This document shows, one piece after another, positions 27,160 to 35,854 of a stretch of 64,000 nt of DNA. The stretch spans positions 470,098-534,097 of the forward strand of contig CBDCGV010000018.1 of NCBI GenBank assembly GCA_965216955.1. Direction: 5' to 3'. The notes under the pieces are model-generated. The model was given only the letters and a program-made list of their open reading frames with translations. It did no database searches and had not been told where the DNA came from. This DNA is from Chitinophagales bacterium. GTDB taxonomy: Bacteria > Bacteroidota > Bacteroidia > Chitinophagales > JADIYW01. How positions within the stretch are numbered: the stretch's first letter is position 1; the number at the start of each line of letters is the position of its first letter. A program made the translations under genes and the position numbers.

Positions 27160-28371
27160 ATGACAAAATTTATAATTACATCTATAATTGGTTGTTTAGT
27201 ATTTCTTTCATGCAGCAAAGATGAAAACCAAACAAACGATCCTCAAGAGGAGGTTTTCGAAATTGACGATTACAATTATAAAACGGATATTCCCGATATG
27301 ATTGACTTCTATGAACAAGATCCTATTCAATACTATGCAGAATTTGGACTTCCAAGTATTACTAAGTCTGCATCGATTCTAAATGAATATGGAGATAACC
27401 CAATAGACGCTTTTGATTTATTACTTGCCTACTTCAGTGATAGCATGGCTCAAAAAGCAATAAACGATCAACTTTGGAGTAGAGCATTTATTCAAAAAAT
27501 GCAAAACGCAAGTGGAAATCTAGCAGAAAAATGGACTCATACAATAATACATTTCGGAAATCAGGTAAACCAACTATATATCCAAAATCCAGATGATCCT
27601 CAATTAGACCAACTGTATAAAATCTTAGGCGATGGAATACAACTTGTCATGCCAAATGAGTTTTTTATAGATATGATGATGATTGAAGATATTTCTCTAT
27701 ATGAATTTCCTATTACTAATGATTGGTTAGCTTTGACTTGTGGCTGCGGAATGGATGATGATGATGAAATAATAGAATGCGATGAAGAAGAAGTAGACAC
27801 CTTTGATCAAGAACCCAATGAAGTGAGAAAATGGAGTGAAGTAGACGAACCATTTATACCCCCACATAGATTTGATGGCAAATGTGCTACACTTGCTGCC
27901 GGTAACTGTCTGGTAAAACTAAAACAAATAGAAGATAAGATAGATATAGATATCTGGAAAGATTTATCAAAAAAATTGGGTGCCAAAAAAAGAGGCGGTG
28001 TTGATAGAAGAGCCACCAATGCTTATTTTAAATCACTCGGATTTGGTGTAACAGTTGCTGCAGATAAAAAAGGTGAAACTGCTGTTCAACAAGCAGCTAA
28101 GGCTATGGCTAAAGGATGTGATGTCAAGCTTTCTTTTGCAAACAAAGCCAAAAAAAAATATCATGTTGAATACGTTACTGATATTAAGGTCGATAAAGAT
28201 GACCCTAGTAAGGCGGTAATTACCTCTATCTCATGGGGCGTCAAATCAACACAAGACGTAAAAAATGGAAAGTTTACTAATAAGGAACCCAATAAAACAA
28301 GAAATGAGAATAGTTGGTTGTCGCAAGAAGGTGACGCTATTATTAGAATATTTTGCCCTGTAAAAAAATAA
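27160..28371 (+). CDS. hypothetical lipoprotein with acidic Cys-containing linker and C-terminal candidate Cys/His (papain-fold-like) domain
   Basis: 403 aa from the ATG at 27160. Lipobox VFLSCSKDENQ. Linker CGCGMDDDDEIIECDEEEVD. The C-terminal domain has GKCATLAAGNCLVKL (Cys at a predicted helix start) and KKYHVEYVTDIKVDKDDP (His then Asp). Confidence 0.55.
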   Translation: MTKFIITSIIGCLVFLSCSKDENQTNDPQEEVFEIDDYNYKTDIPDMIDFYEQDPIQYYAEFGLPSITKSASILNEYGDNPIDAFDLLLAYFSDSMAQKAINDQLWSRAFIQKMQNASGNLAEKWTHTIIHFGNQVNQLYIQNPDDPQLDQLYKILGDGIQLVMPNEFFIDMMMIEDISLYEFPITNDWLALTCGCGMDDDDEIIECDEEEVDTFDQEPNEVRKWSEVDEPFIPPHRFDGKCATLAAGNCLVKLKQIEDKIDIDIWKDLSKKLGAKKRGGVDRRATNAYFKSLGFGVTVAADKKGETAVQQAAKAMAKGCDVKLSFANKAKKKYHVEYVTDIKVDKDDPSKAVITSISWGVKSTQDVKNGKFTNKEPNKTRNENSWLSQEGDAIIRIFCPVKK

Positions 28372-28478
28372 CCCTTTTCCTGCTCTTGGATAAACATAAC
28401 CGTTTTCTTCCTATTAGAAAGCAAAAATCTTTAGGTTGATATATACTCAACTTTTCATATTGTATGTACTTTTAGGGC

Positions 28479-29789
28479 ATGAATAGAATAAACATACTAT
28501 TGATATTGAGTTGCTTCTTTTTTTTATCATGTAATGAAGAAGATAATGAAGGCAATACAACACCTCCTTCGATGAATACAGACCTAAATATATTACTTAT
28601 CATAGCAGATGATATGGGCAAGGACGCTACTAATGGTTATACAGAAGGTAGTATTAAACCCAACACACCTCATTTGGATAGTCTGATGAACAACGGGTTG
28701 AGATTTAACAATTTTTGGACCTATACCGTTTGTTCTCCAACAAGAGCAAGTATTTTTACCGGAAAGTATGGTTATAGTACTAAAGTGCGCTCTCAATTTG
28801 ACCATATTGAAACTTCCGAAACTTCTTTACAAGCTTATATCAATCAGGAAACGGGCAACAAATATGCTACTGCTATGATTGGAAAGTGGCACTTAGGAAA
28901 TGGAAACAATTTCAATCCAGAAACCATGGGTATAGATTATTATGCAGGTATTATCTCTGGAAGTGTACAAAGTTATTATTCGTGGCAGCTTACGGAAGAT
29001 GGAGTTACAAATACTGAAACGGAATATACTACTACAAAACTTACAGACTTAGCTATTGATTGGATTGACCAGCAAACAAAACCCTGGTTTTTATGGTTGG
29101 CATATAATGCACCACATACACCATTTCATCTACCACCTTCAGAGATGCACTCGCAAAATGATTTATCATCTGATCAAAATGAAATTGACGCTAATCCACT
29201 TCCTTATTACATCGCCAGTATTGAAGCTATGGATTATCAAATTGGACAATTAATAGACCAAATAAATACAGATGAAAGGGCAAGTACAATCATTATTTTT
29301 ATTGGAGATAATGGTTCTCCTGGACGTGTCGTACAATCACCATATAGTAGAAGAAAAGCTAAGGGTTCGCTCTACCAAGGTGGTATTAATAGCCCCATGA
29401 TCGTCTCGGGAAAAAATGTTAATAGAACAGGTGACGAGAATGCATTAATTAATTCAACAGATTTGTTTGCAACTATCGCTGCCCTATCAGGAGTGAATAT
29501 TGATTCAATCAATAATAGCAAAGATTTTTCATCTTTATTAACCACCTCTTCTTCAAATTTTAGGAACTACACCTATTCGGAATATAAATACGATGACGAT
29601 AACATTGATGAATGGTGCATAAGAAACAATACGCATAAGCTAATTGAGAAAGCAGATGGATCAATGGAGTTATATAATTTAGAAATAGACCCCTATGAAA
29701 ACACGGATCTGCTAATATCAACATTATCAGCTACAGATTCTACCGCTAAAAATATACTTATTAATCAATTAGCGACAATTAGAGATTAA
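28479..29789 (+). CDS. sulfatase (Cys-type, formylglycine-dependent) lipoprotein
   Basis: 436 aa. Lipobox FFLSCNEE. Metal site LLIIADDMG. Sulfatase signature CSPTRASIFTGKY. GKWHLG motif. Confidence 0.88.
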   Translation: MNRINILLILSCFFFLSCNEEDNEGNTTPPSMNTDLNILLIIADDMGKDATNGYTEGSIKPNTPHLDSLMNNGLRFNNFWTYTVCSPTRASIFTGKYGYSTKVRSQFDHIETSETSLQAYINQETGNKYATAMIGKWHLGNGNNFNPETMGIDYYAGIISGSVQSYYSWQLTEDGVTNTETEYTTTKLTDLAIDWIDQQTKPWFLWLAYNAPHTPFHLPPSEMHSQNDLSSDQNEIDANPLPYYIASIEAMDYQIGQLIDQINTDERASTIIIFIGDNGSPGRVVQSPYSRRKAKGSLYQGGINSPMIVSGKNVNRTGDENALINSTDLFATIAALSGVNIDSINNSKDFSSLLTTSSSNFRNYTYSEYKYDDDNIDEWCIRNNTHKLIEKADGSMELYNLEIDPYENTDLLISTLSATDSTAKNILINQLATIRD

Positions 29790-29819
29790 ACAGATTCGTA
29801 TGAAAGCACCTATTGTTTT

Positions 29820-31037
29820 TTAGACAATTACGGAATAAAATCCACATTTTAAATAAGCCCCTTCATCAAAACTTATTGGATGATCAATATCATGAAAAGT
29901 CTTTTCCATAACTGTAAATGCCTTTGTTTGATCTGCTAAGACTTCCTCAATCGTATCAAAAAACAATGATGCTTCTACTCTACTTGAACATGAAGCCAAT
30001 ATCAAAATCCCTTCTTTATTAATTAACTGCACTGCCAATTTTGTCAACCGTCGATAACTGTTTATGGCTTTAGGAACTTCTTTCAAACTCTTAGCAAAAG
30101 ATGGAGGATCTATTACTACAATATCAAACTTATTATTCTTATCAATTAAATCCTTTAACCCCATAAAGGCATCAGTACATATTGTTTTATGGTTCTTTGA
30201 CACCTTATTTAGCGCTGCACTTTTCGTCACCATCTCAAGGGCCTGTGTACTAATATCTACACTAACTACTTCTTTTGCTCCCCCTATGAGTGCATGTATT
30301 GAAAACCCACCGGTATAGGAAAAAACATCCAAGACCGATTTTCCTTTTGCAAGCTCCCCTAACTTTTTCCTATTATGGCGATGATCCAAAAAACAACCCG
30401 TCTTATGTCCTCTAATTACATTCACCAAAAACAAAACATCATTCTCTTTAAAAACAACTTCCTCTTCCAGCAATTCACCATCGAGTATTTGTCCATCCTT
30501 CAAGGCTATATTCTGCTTCTGAACATTTCTACTTAAACGTAACACTATCGCATCACAACGTACAACTTTATTTATCAGCAATATCAGATCCTCTAAATAA
30601 GAAGTCCATATCAATGTATATAATTTAATAACCGCAATACTTCCATAAATATCAATTATTAATCCCGGTAGCCCATCATTCTCCCCATGAATCAATCTAT
30701 AGCCATTAGTACTGTTCTTCAACAATGAACGTCTTCCTTCAAAAGCGGACTTCCCCTTTTTAACAAACCAATCTTTATTTATTAAAACTGGTTTGTGACA
30801 TTCCAAAATTTTTATCCTTATTGGAGAATCTGGATCATATAATCCAACGGCCAAAAACTTATTTTTCTTATCAAAAATTACTGCTATATCTCCCGACTTT
30901 GCATCTTTAGTTATTTTGGTAATGGAGGATTCAAATACCCAAGGATGTCCTTTTCGAATCATACGCTGAGCAGCAGCGTTTACGCGTATTGCAATTCGGT
31001 TAGGTTTCTTTTTCAAAGACGCATCAATATCTATCAT
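29820..31037 (-). CDS. class I SAM-dependent rRNA methyltransferase, RlmI-like (PUA + MTase)
   Basis: 405 aa. N-terminal RKGHPWVF (PUA-like) and SAM motif VLDVFSYTGGFS...VSVD...VIDPPSFA. Confidence 0.75.
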   Translation of the reverse strand: MIDIDASLKKKPNRIAIRVNAAAQRMIRKGHPWVFESSITKITKDAKSGDIAVIFDKKNKFLAVGLYDPDSPIRIKILECHKPVLINKDWFVKKGKSAFEGRRSLLKNSTNGYRLIHGENDGLPGLIIDIYGSIAVIKLYTLIWTSYLEDLILLINKVVRCDAIVLRLSRNVQKQNIALKDGQILDGELLEEEVVFKENDVLFLVNVIRGHKTGCFLDHRHNRKKLGELAKGKSVLDVFSYTGGFSIHALIGGAKEVVSVDISTQALEMVTKSAALNKVSKNHKTICTDAFMGLKDLIDKNNKFDIVVIDPPSFAKSLKEVPKAINSYRRLTKLAVQLINKEGILILASCSSRVEASLFFDTIEEVLADQTKAFTVMEKTFHDIDHPISFDEGAYLKCGFYSVIV

Positions 31038-32191
31038 TTTAGTACTTCAAACTTAATCCCCGCAGATTGCAACCTTTTAAGCAAAAAATCACCCAATGCA
31101 GCGGCGGGAGTTAAAACACCGCCTCCTAATCGCAACTTATCCAAATTATAAAGCAATGTTATTGCCGATTCTGATAACATTTTAGATGTCTCTGTATAAC
31201 CGGGATCACCCCCACTTACCTGAGTTATTGCCTTTTTAGTTGAACTTTCTGCCTCAAAAACCAACTTAAACCACGACTTCGATCTTTTCTCTTCGCTGGG
31301 TCCTTCTCCTGAAGGACGATATCGCTTTAGAAGTTCCCGACCTTTTTCAAACTGGGTGATTGCAAATAAACCTCCAATCCCCAAAGTAATACCAATCCCT
31401 GTAGTTAATTTTGGAGCTACAAAATATTGTTTATACTGTGTATTTCTTCCGTATACATCTTGCATCAAAGCACTACTCCTTTGGACAATCCAAGGGTCAA
31501 TAACCGGCATTGGCAGTGCCCACTTATTCAAGTACTTACTAAAATGAAAATGCGCTTTAATTCTATCAGGATATTTCTTCCGTTTACCTATAGTGCTTTT
31601 ATTACTCTTATTTCCTTTTGACATTGCATTCAATGCAGAAGCCCATGTACCTCCAGAGAAAGTACCTTTACTCATAACATATCCCTTAATCGATACGACG
31701 TCATCACTGTCAAACAATTTACGTGTATAGAATACGCCCAAATCAGCTGGAATGCTATCAAACCCACAACAATGTATAATATATGTGTTTGACTGAACTG
31801 CTTTTTTATGGTATCGATCCACCATACGCTTAACAAAAGCCGGCTCACCTGTTATATCTACATAATGTGTACTCGCATTGACACACGCCTTAACCATCTT
31901 CTCTCCGTATAAATCATATGGGCCAACAGTAGAGATAACCAGTCTAGTTTTCTCAACAAGATCACTCATTGATACACTATCATTACTATTGGCGATTATA
32001 GGTTTCATCTTACTTAATGAAGGCTCTATTGCTGACAATGCTTCAATTAAAGACGCTAAGGCCGTTTTGTTCCTTCCAGCAATAGTCCACTTAAAGTCAT
32101 GCTGCCTTACATGGCTCGCAAAATATTTAGCAACTAACCCTCCAGTAAAACCTGTTGCTCCATATATAACAATATCATATAGTCTTTTCAT
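31034..32191 (-). CDS. saccharopine dehydrogenase-like NAD(P)-binding oxidoreductase
   Basis: 385 aa. Rossmann start YDIVIYGATGFTGGLVAKY. Overlaps the downstream gene by 4 nt. Confidence 0.7.
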   Translation of the reverse strand: MKRLYDIVIYGATGFTGGLVAKYFASHVRQHDFKWTIAGRNKTALASLIEALSAIEPSLSKMKPIIANSNDSVSMSDLVEKTRLVISTVGPYDLYGEKMVKACVNASTHYVDITGEPAFVKRMVDRYHKKAVQSNTYIIHCCGFDSIPADLGVFYTRKLFDSDDVVSIKGYVMSKGTFSGGTWASALNAMSKGNKSNKSTIGKRKKYPDRIKAHFHFSKYLNKWALPMPVIDPWIVQRSSALMQDVYGRNTQYKQYFVAPKLTTGIGITLGIGGLFAITQFEKGRELLKRYRPSGEGPSEEKRSKSWFKLVFEAESSTKKAITQVSGGDPGYTETSKMLSESAITLLYNLDKLRLGGGVLTPAAALGDFLLKRLQSAGIKFEVLK

Positions 32192-32260
32192 ATGATTGTC
32201 AATTAAAGTATACGTTCTTTTTCAAATTTTAGATAAATTCACAACGCTTAATATAGTATT

Positions 32261-32596
32261 TTGATTCTAATAAGTTCGTCATTTATAAAATATTTTACGG
32301 TTGGGAATGTCCAAGCTATTACTCTATTTCCTTTTGTTGTTTTAAAAAATAAAGAGCAAATGAAAGATGAATGTTTAATTCGTCATGAAAAAATTCATTT
32401 AGAACAACAAAAAGAAATGCTGGTAATCCCGTTTTATATCTGTTATACATTGGAATATTTTATAAAGATTTTGAAATACAAAAGTCATTATAAAGCCTAT
32501 AAAAACATAAGCTTTGAAAAGGAAGCACACCTAAATGACATGACAAAAAATTATCTAAATCAACGAAAACGATATGCCTTTTTAAAATATTACTAA
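32261..32596 (+). CDS. small hypothetical protein with HExxH motif (possible minimal zincin)
   Basis: 111 aa with a TTG start in the track. Contains IRHEKIHLEQQKE and a later FEKEAH. The start codon is uncertain. Confidence 0.35.
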   Translation: MILISSSFIKYFTVGNVQAITLFPFVVLKNKEQMKDECLIRHEKIHLEQQKEMLVIPFYICYTLEYFIKILKYKSHYKAYKNISFEKEAHLNDMTKNYLNQRKRYAFLKYY

Positions 32597-32604
32597 CATT
32601 AAAC

Positions 32605-33189
32605 ATGAAATTAAATCTAGATATTATAACGCCCAGCAAACAAGAATGGGTGGATGCTGTTATAAATGACTTTGATGCATTTTTACAAGATCATGCAGAT
32701 TGTGAGCGCAAAGCTTCTGCGATGGCCATGAGTTTTGTTGCCAAATACCCTAACAGAATAGAAATTATCCCTGAATTGATAGAGACAGCTTTGGAAGAAT
32801 TAGAACATTTCCAACAAGTATATCAAATTATGGAAAAAAGAAACATCCAATTGGTACATGGTATGCCCAAAGACCCATACATTTCTGAATTAATAAATCA
32901 TTGTCGTTCAGGTCTGGAGGAAAGGTTTATGGATCGGCTTCTCATAGCTTCTGTTGCTGAAACAAGAGGAGCAGAAAGGTTTAAATTAGTTGCTGAAGCA
33001 TTGGAAGATGAAACATTATCTAAATTCTATAAAACCCTTTGGACTTCAGAAGCGAAGCATGGACATATCTTTATAAAGATGGCGCTAAATTATTTCAGTG
33101 AGGATCTAGTTTATAAAAGACTGGAAGAATTTATAACAATTGAAAGCGGTATTATTAACAACTTAAAAATTAGAGCTGCATTACACTAA
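32605..33189 (+). CDS. miaE: tRNA-(ms2io6A37)-hydroxylase MiaE-like di-iron protein
   Basis: 194 aa ferritin-like four-helix pattern with paired carboxylate/His motifs: DCERKAS, EELEHF, ETRGAERF, EAKHGH. Size and N-terminal sequence match the short MiaE family, from memory. Confidence 0.65.
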   Translation: MKLNLDIITPSKQEWVDAVINDFDAFLQDHADCERKASAMAMSFVAKYPNRIEIIPELIETALEELEHFQQVYQIMEKRNIQLVHGMPKDPYISELINHCRSGLEERFMDRLLIASVAETRGAERFKLVAEALEDETLSKFYKTLWTSEAKHGHIFIKMALNYFSEDLVYKRLEEFITIESGIINNLKIRAALH

Positions 33190-33992
33190 AAATCAAATCC
33201 CTTACTCAAATTTTTCATCATAACTTTCTCATATATATGGGGCACTAACCTTTTAAGCATAAAAGAGACCCTCCCTACAGAACCGGTAATTAGAATATCT
33301 TTTCTTTGTAAAGTAGCTTTATAAATTTCTTCGGCTACCTTCTCAGGAGAAGCATTCCCTCCTATCTTATGATCTGTGTTGGAATTATTCTCACCATTTT
33401 TATACATATGACTTCGAATATTCGTGTCTATATATGAGGGACAAACAATTAGTACATTAGCTCCTGTATGCTTAATTTCTGATCTTAGCGTTTCAAAAAA
33501 ACCCTGTACTGCATGTTTACTTGCAGCATAAGCGGTACGCCCAACAAGCGGGGCAAAACCAGCTACACTTGAAATAGCAACAATACTCCCTTTGTTTTTG
33601 ATAATTTGATTAAGCCCTTCCCTTGTGCAATACACGCTCCCCATAAAATTAATATCCATCACCCTCTTAATCTCTTCATTTGTATTGTTCTTAAAAAGCT
33701 TAATATTGGTAATTCCTGCATTATTGATTAATATATCTATTTCTTTTCCAAGTGCTGCGATTCCTTTAAAAAATGCCTTTACCGAATTCTCTCTAGCAAT
33801 ATCACAAACAGATAAATGATGGTCAACACCCAAATTTTCTAGCTCTGACGAAAGTAAATCTAAATTTTTTGGATCAATATCACATCCTATGATATAGGCT
33901 CCTTCTTTTCCAAATTGCTTGCATAAAGCTGCACCAAGCCCCCTTCCCGCACCAGTTACCAATACATTTTTACCCAATAATTTTTTACGCAT
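33186..33992 (-). CDS. SDR family oxidoreductase
   Basis: 268 aa. TGAGRGLG cofactor motif, NNAG, and catalytic S...YAASK. Confidence 0.88.
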   Translation of the reverse strand: MRKKLLGKNVLVTGAGRGLGAALCKQFGKEGAYIIGCDIDPKNLDLLSSELENLGVDHHLSVCDIARENSVKAFFKGIAALGKEIDILINNAGITNIKLFKNNTNEEIKRVMDINFMGSVYCTREGLNQIIKNKGSIVAISSVAGFAPLVGRTAYAASKHAVQGFFETLRSEIKHTGANVLIVCPSYIDTNIRSHMYKNGENNSNTDHKIGGNASPEKVAEEIYKATLQRKDILITGSVGRVSFMLKRLVPHIYEKVMMKNLSKGFDF

Positions 33993-34954
33993 TACAATAA
34001 GCCATTATTCTTCGCATAAAATTCAAACGCCTGCACGCTATTCTTTTGAGGTTTATATCCAAACTCCGTTTTTAGCTTTGTATTATCTAAAACGGGTCTA
34101 TATTGAACAAATTTAATTTGTTCGGGATCATACTGAGTTACACCAAATAGTTTGAGACCTCTTAATCCAATTTCAACAAGTTTAGGAGGTAACGCAATAA
34201 ATCGCTTACCCAGCTTATCCGCAATTTCTTTAAGTGTAATATATCCATCTCCTGTAAGATTAAAAACACCCTCTTTCTTATTATTTAAAGCCGCTTCTGT
34301 TAAACAATTAATCAAGTCCTGATCCCATATAATTACAAAAGGGGTATCTGTAGTAGTCACTCCCACCACATTCTTCTTTCTAAACATATCCGTAATTTGA
34401 TTATTTGTCTGTCTTCCCAGAATAGTTGAAACTCTAAATACCACTTGCTTCAAATCAGGATGATGCGTTCTATATTTTTGTAACATTTTCTCAATCAAAA
34501 ACTTATGCCAAGGATAAGGCATTTCTTCATTACCACGTAACTCATCCGTCTCCCGCAACCATTCGGGATTATTAGCATGATAACCATACGCTGCCCCACT
34601 AGAGGTGACTACAATCTTAGAGACATTAGCTTTCACACATGCATCTAATATTTTTTGCGTACCCTCTACCTCTACTTCATACATAAATTGCCTTGTCATT
34701 CCTTTAGATGGCGTAACAATAGCTGCAAGGTGAACCACTACATCAGGAGTTGTTTTAAGTATTAAGTTAGCCACTTCTTCTGATCTCAAATCACCCTTAA
34801 CAAAAGAAATAGGATGTGTGTTTTCTGACAATTCTTTGTCTTGAATATCTGTGGCAATGATTTCTAAATCATGCTCATTAAGTGTTGATAGATATTCTAC
34901 AAATTGACCGCCAATATAACCCGATGCACCAGTTACTAATATTCTCTTACGCAT
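33992..34954 (-). CDS. NAD-dependent epimerase/dehydratase family protein (extended SDR, 3-beta-HSD-like)
   Basis: 320 aa. VTGASGYIGG Rossmann motif and SSGAAYG...K pattern. Overlaps neighbours by 1 nt and 8 nt. Confidence 0.85.
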   Translation of the reverse strand: MRKRILVTGASGYIGGQFVEYLSTLNEHDLEIIATDIQDKELSENTHPISFVKGDLRSEEVANLILKTTPDVVVHLAAIVTPSKGMTRQFMYEVEVEGTQKILDACVKANVSKIVVTSSGAAYGYHANNPEWLRETDELRGNEEMPYPWHKFLIEKMLQKYRTHHPDLKQVVFRVSTILGRQTNNQITDMFRKKNVVGVTTTDTPFVIIWDQDLINCLTEAALNNKKEGVFNLTGDGYITLKEIADKLGKRFIALPPKLVEIGLRGLKLFGVTQYDPEQIKFVQYRPVLDNTKLKTEFGYKPQKNSVQAFEFYAKNNGLL

Positions 34955-35852
34955 AACTTATTTTTTTTCTTGACCAAAAAGTTGCAAGTGTTAAACCAGA
35001 AATTATATGCCAAACGCCCCAAAAAGCAGCAATAACTGCCATGCCTCCTAATCCATTAAAAAAATTAAAAATTAAAATAAGACCAAGTCCTGAATTTTGA
35101 ATACCTACCTCAAGTGCTACTGCCCTCCTATTATATTCTTCTAACCCAGCAATCCAAGAAATCACATACCCCATTATAAAAGCTGCAGCATTAATAGAAA
35201 TGACTAACATGGCTAAATATCCAAGATGTCCTTTAAAATATTTGAAGTTTACTACTACCGCAAAAACTATAAACGCAGCAAAGAAAAGGATAGAGAATAT
35301 TTTCATTCCTTTTTTTAGCTTATTGGCCAAATCAGGATATTTACTTGACAAAAACAATCCTGCACTTAGAGGAACAAGCATCAACACAAGAATTAAAAAA
35401 AACATTCTTAATGGATCTAATGAGATTTCGGTTAGTAACGATCTCGTTTGAGGATTTATAGATCCCCAAAAAGTTATGTTCAAAGGGGTCATAATCGTTG
35501 CCAAAGCAGTAGAAAAAGCAGACATAGATATAGACAATGCTGCATTACCTTTTGCCAACAAGGTCATAAAATTGGAAATATTTCCACCCGGACATGCCGA
35601 AACAAGTAACATCCCAAGCGCAATACTTGGGATAGGTTTAAAAATATATAGCAATCCAAAAGTTAGCGCAGGTAATAATAGAAATTGGCTAAAAGACCCA
35701 ATTATGAAAGGCTTAGGTGCTTTCATAATTTTTTTAAAATCCTCTATTTTTAAATCTAATGACACCCCAAACACAATAAGACCTAAAATAACGTTTAGTA
35801 GATTAAGTGTAAAAGGATTAAAATTTAAGGTTATCTCATCAATTGAAGACAT
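34947..35852 (-). CDS. bile acid:sodium symporter (BASS) family transporter
   Basis: 301-aa polytopic protein. LVSACPGGNISN and VGIQNSGLG motifs are characteristic of the BASS/SBF family. Confidence 0.8.
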   Translation of the reverse strand: MSSIDEITLNFNPFTLNLLNVILGLIVFGVSLDLKIEDFKKIMKAPKPFIIGSFSQFLLLPALTFGLLYIFKPIPSIALGMLLVSACPGGNISNFMTLLAKGNAALSISMSAFSTALATIMTPLNITFWGSINPQTRSLLTEISLDPLRMFFLILVLMLVPLSAGLFLSSKYPDLANKLKKGMKIFSILFFAAFIVFAVVVNFKYFKGHLGYLAMLVISINAAAFIMGYVISWIAGLEEYNRRAVALEVGIQNSGLGLILIFNFFNGLGGMAVIAAFWGVWHIISGLTLATFWSRKKISYA

Positions 35853-35854
35853 AT

